This document shows, piece by piece, positions 25,388-28,950 of a DNA stretch of 28,950 nucleotides. Each line of letters begins with the position of its first letter. Position 1 is the first letter of the stretch. The notes beneath the pieces are model-generated. The model worked only from the letters and a program-made list of their open reading frames with translations. It had not been told where the DNA came from and ran no database searches. Origin of the DNA: Candidatus Hodarchaeota archaeon (GTDB lineage: Archaea; Asgardarchaeota; Heimdallarchaeia; Hodarchaeales; Hodarchaeaceae). Both the position numbers and the translations under genes were made by a program. The stretch spans positions 1 through 28,950 of the forward strand of contig JAEOTQ010000058.1 in NCBI GenBank assembly GCA_016839785.1. Reading direction: 5' to 3'.

Positions 25388-25996
25388 ATGAAATGGAAAA
25401 ATTCTGAAAAAGACAATAATGAAAGTTTAAAAGACTCAGGAAAACTCCTGACTAAACGACTGATATACATTAGCCTACCAGCAATGTTGATCACAGCTAC
25501 TTTCTTGATATTACTATTAGAACTATCTAGTTATCCTGGTACATTGGATGACACTCAATTAGGATTTAGTGCTGAAATAATTAAAGCACATTTTGCTATG
25601 ATGAAATCTGAAGATATTTTCCTCTTCATTCTAGGAAATCTCCTGGATTATATGTTTCTGATCGCTTATGGTTGTTTTTTCTATAGTAGTGCAAGATATC
25701 TTTCTTGGAACTATCAACAAGGAAGTTTCCCTCTGAAAGTAGGGAAGATGATTGCATGGATTGGAGTTTTTAGTGCCATCTGTGATGCAGTAGAAAATGT
25801 ATTCCTCCTTTCGATGACTGCTAATCCTGTGGGTTTTCCAAACTGGCTTGCTATAGCACATTCGACATTCGCACTTCTCAAATTCATTCTTATGTATCTG
25901 ACTATAGGTTGGTTAATCTTCTCCTTCGTTTTAAACAAGATTCCCTCAACATCAAAGAGAATAAACTGTAAAGTTCCAACAGATCTTGTGAAATGA
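25388..25996 (+). CDS. Four-TM integral membrane hypothetical protein
   Basis: Four hydrophobic segments with embedded polar motifs LDYMF, CDAVEN and LLKF. Start moved to ATG 25388 after a GGGTGA Shine-Dalgarno. Confidence 0.8.
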   Translation: MKWKNSEKDNNESLKDSGKLLTKRLIYISLPAMLITATFLILLLELSSYPGTLDDTQLGFSAEIIKAHFAMMKSEDIFLFILGNLLDYMFLIAYGCFFYSSARYLSWNYQQGSFPLKVGKMIAWIGVFSAICDAVENVFLLSMTANPVGFPNWLAIAHSTFALLKFILMYLTIGWLIFSFVLNKIPSTSKRINCKVPTDLVK

Positions 25997-26052
25997 GGAA
26001 TTCGTACTATTCTATAGAAAAAATGAAATTCAATGAAAATTGGTGAATAATA

Positions 26053-26745
26053 ATGAATACAATTACTTCTCGCCTAATTAAAACTATTACATTTAGAGGT
26101 GTAAATTGCTACCTTATGAAAACCAAAGATGGTTATATCTTGGTTGATACTGGCTTTTCTAATCAACGTATCAATATTAAAAAAGCCCTTGATGGGGCGG
26201 GTGTCCAACCTGGGAAATTAACATTAATATTATTGACTCACGGAGATTTTGACCATTCAGGTAATTGTTCGTATCTCCGTGAGAAATATCAGAGCAAAAT
26301 AGCTATGCATAAAGATGATTTAGGAATGGTTGAACATGGAGATCTCTTCTATTCCAGAAAAAGTCGTAATATACTCATTAGAATACTTGTTAAAATGATG
26401 TTACCATTATTCAGGATGAACTTGAAGAAAAGTAATCATTTTACCCCAGACATATATCTCGAGGAAGGGGATGATCTTTCTGAGTATGGATTTAGCGCTA
26501 AAGTTGTCCATCTTCCTGGACACTCCAAGGGATCTATTGGATTCCATACAACGGAGGGTAATCTGTTTAGTGGGGACTTACTCGAAAATAATGAAAAACA
26601 AGGGCCAGTTAGGGGCTCTCTGATGGACAATTCAGTGGATTTTGATGCTAGTATAGATAAACTGGAAAGTTTATCATTAAAGACAGTGTATCCTGGTCAT
26701 GGTAACCCATTCCAAATGGAAGATTTCATAAAAAACTACCGATAA
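26053..26745 (+). CDS. Metallo-beta-lactamase fold hydrolase
   Basis: LVDTG, THGDFDH, PGHSKG, SGD, PGHG; GGTGA ribosome-binding site. Confidence 0.92.
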   Translation: MNTITSRLIKTITFRGVNCYLMKTKDGYILVDTGFSNQRINIKKALDGAGVQPGKLTLILLTHGDFDHSGNCSYLREKYQSKIAMHKDDLGMVEHGDLFYSRKSRNILIRILVKMMLPLFRMNLKKSNHFTPDIYLEEGDDLSEYGFSAKVVHLPGHSKGSIGFHTTEGNLFSGDLLENNEKQGPVRGSLMDNSVDFDASIDKLESLSLKTVYPGHGNPFQMEDFIKNYR

Positions 26746-26958
26746 TTCAATATCATAAAATTTCGTACTCTTAGAATAACCTTTGTAACCTAGAGAGGTT
26801 TCTCACCGACCAGACTTATCTATCCCAAAAAAAGAAGGATCCTTACATTACACGTTGGTTATACGACCGAAAACCAAAAAAACATCGTAAAATCGACGTT
26901 TGAAGACGTTGTAACCTTCAAATCTGACTTATCAACTATCAAACGAAGAAATTTTTAC

Positions 26959-28386
26959 TTAGATTAATCCCTTTCGATGGAAGTCTACTAATTGGGAGTC
27001 GGCTTGAATCCAATCTTCCTCAGCATCTACAAATATCCTCGTTGCTCTTTGATTAACATCATCTATAATGGATTTAGTATCGATTTTTTCAAATTTATAG
27101 TTATGAATAATCATTTCTCCATTTATGATCACATTATCTACTTCATTTCCGTTCATTGAATACACAAGATTAGGTATGAAATTATAAAACGGTTTATAGA
27201 TTTCTGGAGTCAAATTGACTTTCTTAAGATCAATTGTTATAATATCGGCTTGTTTTCCAACTTCTAAAGTCCCTACTTTCTTCTCTAATCCTAAATTATG
27301 ACTCCCTAGAACTGATACAAGCTGTAGGGCCTCCCACGCTGGGATCGCTGTTGGATCTTGAATTAAAACTTTCGTTAGGAGACTGATTGTCCGTAACTCA
27401 CGGATCATATTATGATTTCCCGGACCTGGTGCTTGATCTGTTCCAAGACTGGCAATTCCTCCCAGAGAACGATAATGTGATACTGGAGGGACAATCCCAT
27501 CAATCATTGATATCGAGGAAGGACAACCAACCATACCTACATCATTGTTTACTAGTAATTCGCGCTCTTGAGATGTCGTATCGTGAATATGAACAGCGAT
27601 TAAATGTGAATCAAGCAAGTCATGTGACTTGAGTACTTTTACTGTTGTCTTATCCTTCCCAAACCGACCTTGGATTTGTAATCGTTCACGTCCTCCTTGA
27701 GCAACATGCATATGGAATTTTGACAATCTTTCATGACATTCAGCTTGAATTTCCTTAAGTAATTCAAGAGAAATCATGTCTAATGCTTGAGGTCCGAACA
27801 TCACAGACACAAGAGGATTCCCTTTGAAAGTTTGAAATAACTGTTTATTCCGTTTAAAAGCTGCAATACCCTTATCCTGATCAAATTCATATAAGTCCGT
27901 GGGTTTTAATCTTGAACGATCTCTATTTACTTCATTTATCGTTTCAATTGCTACTACTCGAATTCCCCAGGGAAAATATACTTCTTCAACTAAGTCTTTT
28001 ACATTAGTTGTATATTCTGCAAAAGTGGTGGTACCACTACTCACTCCCTCCAATACACCAAGTTTTGATCCAGCAATTAGATCCTCCTTAGTCAGATGTT
28101 TAACGAAGGGACCAATAGCCTTATTCATCCATTCAATTTCAGGAACATCTTGAGCAGCACCACGTAATAGAGTTATTCCAGAATGAATATGGGAATTTAT
28201 AAATCCCGGCATGGTAATATGATGGCTTCCATCGATGATCTGGTCTGCTTTCTTGTAATCAATTGTTTTTGCTCTTCCTAAATATTTGACTAATCCTTCT
28301 TCGATTCCTATTGTCGCATTTGGAATTACTCCCAGTCCCTTACCTTGCATTGTGAGTAGAGTAGTATTATATATGGTTATATCCAT
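26959..28386 (-). CDS. Amidohydrolase superfamily protein (MtaD/AtzA/TrzA deaminase-like)
   Basis: PGFINSHIH, HMHVAQ, AVH, GTD, GTLEVGKQAD. Confidence 0.9.
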   Translation of the reverse strand: MDITIYNTTLLTMQGKGLGVIPNATIGIEEGLVKYLGRAKTIDYKKADQIIDGSHHITMPGFINSHIHSGITLLRGAAQDVPEIEWMNKAIGPFVKHLTKEDLIAGSKLGVLEGVSSGTTTFAEYTTNVKDLVEEVYFPWGIRVVAIETINEVNRDRSRLKPTDLYEFDQDKGIAAFKRNKQLFQTFKGNPLVSVMFGPQALDMISLELLKEIQAECHERLSKFHMHVAQGGRERLQIQGRFGKDKTTVKVLKSHDLLDSHLIAVHIHDTTSQERELLVNNDVGMVGCPSSISMIDGIVPPVSHYRSLGGIASLGTDQAPGPGNHNMIRELRTISLLTKVLIQDPTAIPAWEALQLVSVLGSHNLGLEKKVGTLEVGKQADIITIDLKKVNLTPEIYKPFYNFIPNLVYSMNGNEVDNVIINGEMIIHNYKFEKIDTKSIIDDVNQRATRIFVDAEEDWIQADSQLVDFHRKGLI

Positions 28387-28539
28387 AATGCAGGAATAAA
28401 TGTGTGTTTCTTCTTATGTTTAGCTTGTTTGTAAAATTAAAATTTACTCAGTACCGTTAACTATCATCTCTAAGTTGTTTTGCTGTCTGTATATATGTTA
28501 ACTTAAAGATACCCCGACTGTTGAATTCACGGCGGTTTG

Positions 28540-28950
28540 CTAATTCAAAGGTAAAAAAATTGATTTGTTATGAGAAAAAACATAACGATTAGCCCTTTCT
28601 CTTAAATCTTTGTTCAATTTTTTGATTTCTGGTTCTGCCATTACCATTGTTACGTTAGATTTCGTTAATATAGGATTTCTCTTTACATCTGATTTTTTTA
28701 AAAATACTATAGCTAATGTTGGTGCAATGGTGAATACCAGTGAATGATTACATTCATCCATTATTGCTGGATAGAAACCTCCTCTGTAATCACATTTTTT
28801 ATTAAAAAAATGTTCTGAATAAGCTATTTCTCGAATTTCATCAAATTCAATTAAACCAGTGTACATATCTAAATAATAAATTCGCTTTTCTCTTTTAGGT
28901 ATATCTTCATTTTTTTTCTTTGCATTGCTTTATAAATTCATAAATTCCAT
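28540..28950 (-). pseudogene. DUF4238-like protein C-terminal part, apparently frameshifted and cut by the window edge
   Basis: C-terminal FTIAPTLAIVF...IKKLN...RANRYVFS pattern. The frame is closed by a TAA about 21 codons above the tracked ATG, while another open frame runs into an A8 tract at 28917-28910. Confidence 0.5.

Noticed and set aside
26780-26930. Short inverted repeats between the convergent MBL and amidohydrolase genes (e.g. TTTGAAG...CTTCAAA, 26899-26922)
   Set aside because: Short stems, at most a terminator; no tRNA fold, repeat array or IS ends recognisable.
1030-28153. Numerous 60-107 aa shadow ORFs (e.g. 1030-1302, 4420-4743, 7551-7769, 23510-24516, 27387-28153)
   Set aside because: All lie within or antisense to well-supported genes and show no recognisable motifs.

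Overview
AT-rich (roughly 35% GC by eye) archaeal-type chromosomal segment. The gene content and GGAGG/GGTGA ribosome-binding sites suggest an Asgard archaeon, possibly Heimdallarchaeia; this is inference only. It opens with a tightly coupled DNA double-strand-break repair operon: nurA (5'-truncated), herA, mre11/sbcD, rad50/sbcC and a Hrq1/MrfA-type DUF1998 helicase. The Rad50 has no CXXC zinc hook. Next come a large membrane-anchored subtilase whose architecture closely parallels eukaryotic site-1 protease, a RIO1-type kinase preceded by an unannotated 25-aa ORF with a terminator-like hairpin, a Pof1-like nucleotidyltransferase overlapping a PncC/CinA domain lacking the catalytic Ser, and a class V aminotransferase. 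These are followed by an AAA+ ATPase/nuclease-like/winged-helix protein, a tandem winged-helix protein, an unannotated 48-aa tail-anchored membrane protein, LarE, a GHMP sugar kinase, a degenerate Mrr-like protein and a class III aminotransferase. The window ends with a TetR module showing two operator palindromes, an amidohydrolase and a probably frameshifted DUF4238-like gene. I saw no rRNA, tRNA, CRISPR array or transposase. All family calls come from motif recognition, not database searches.
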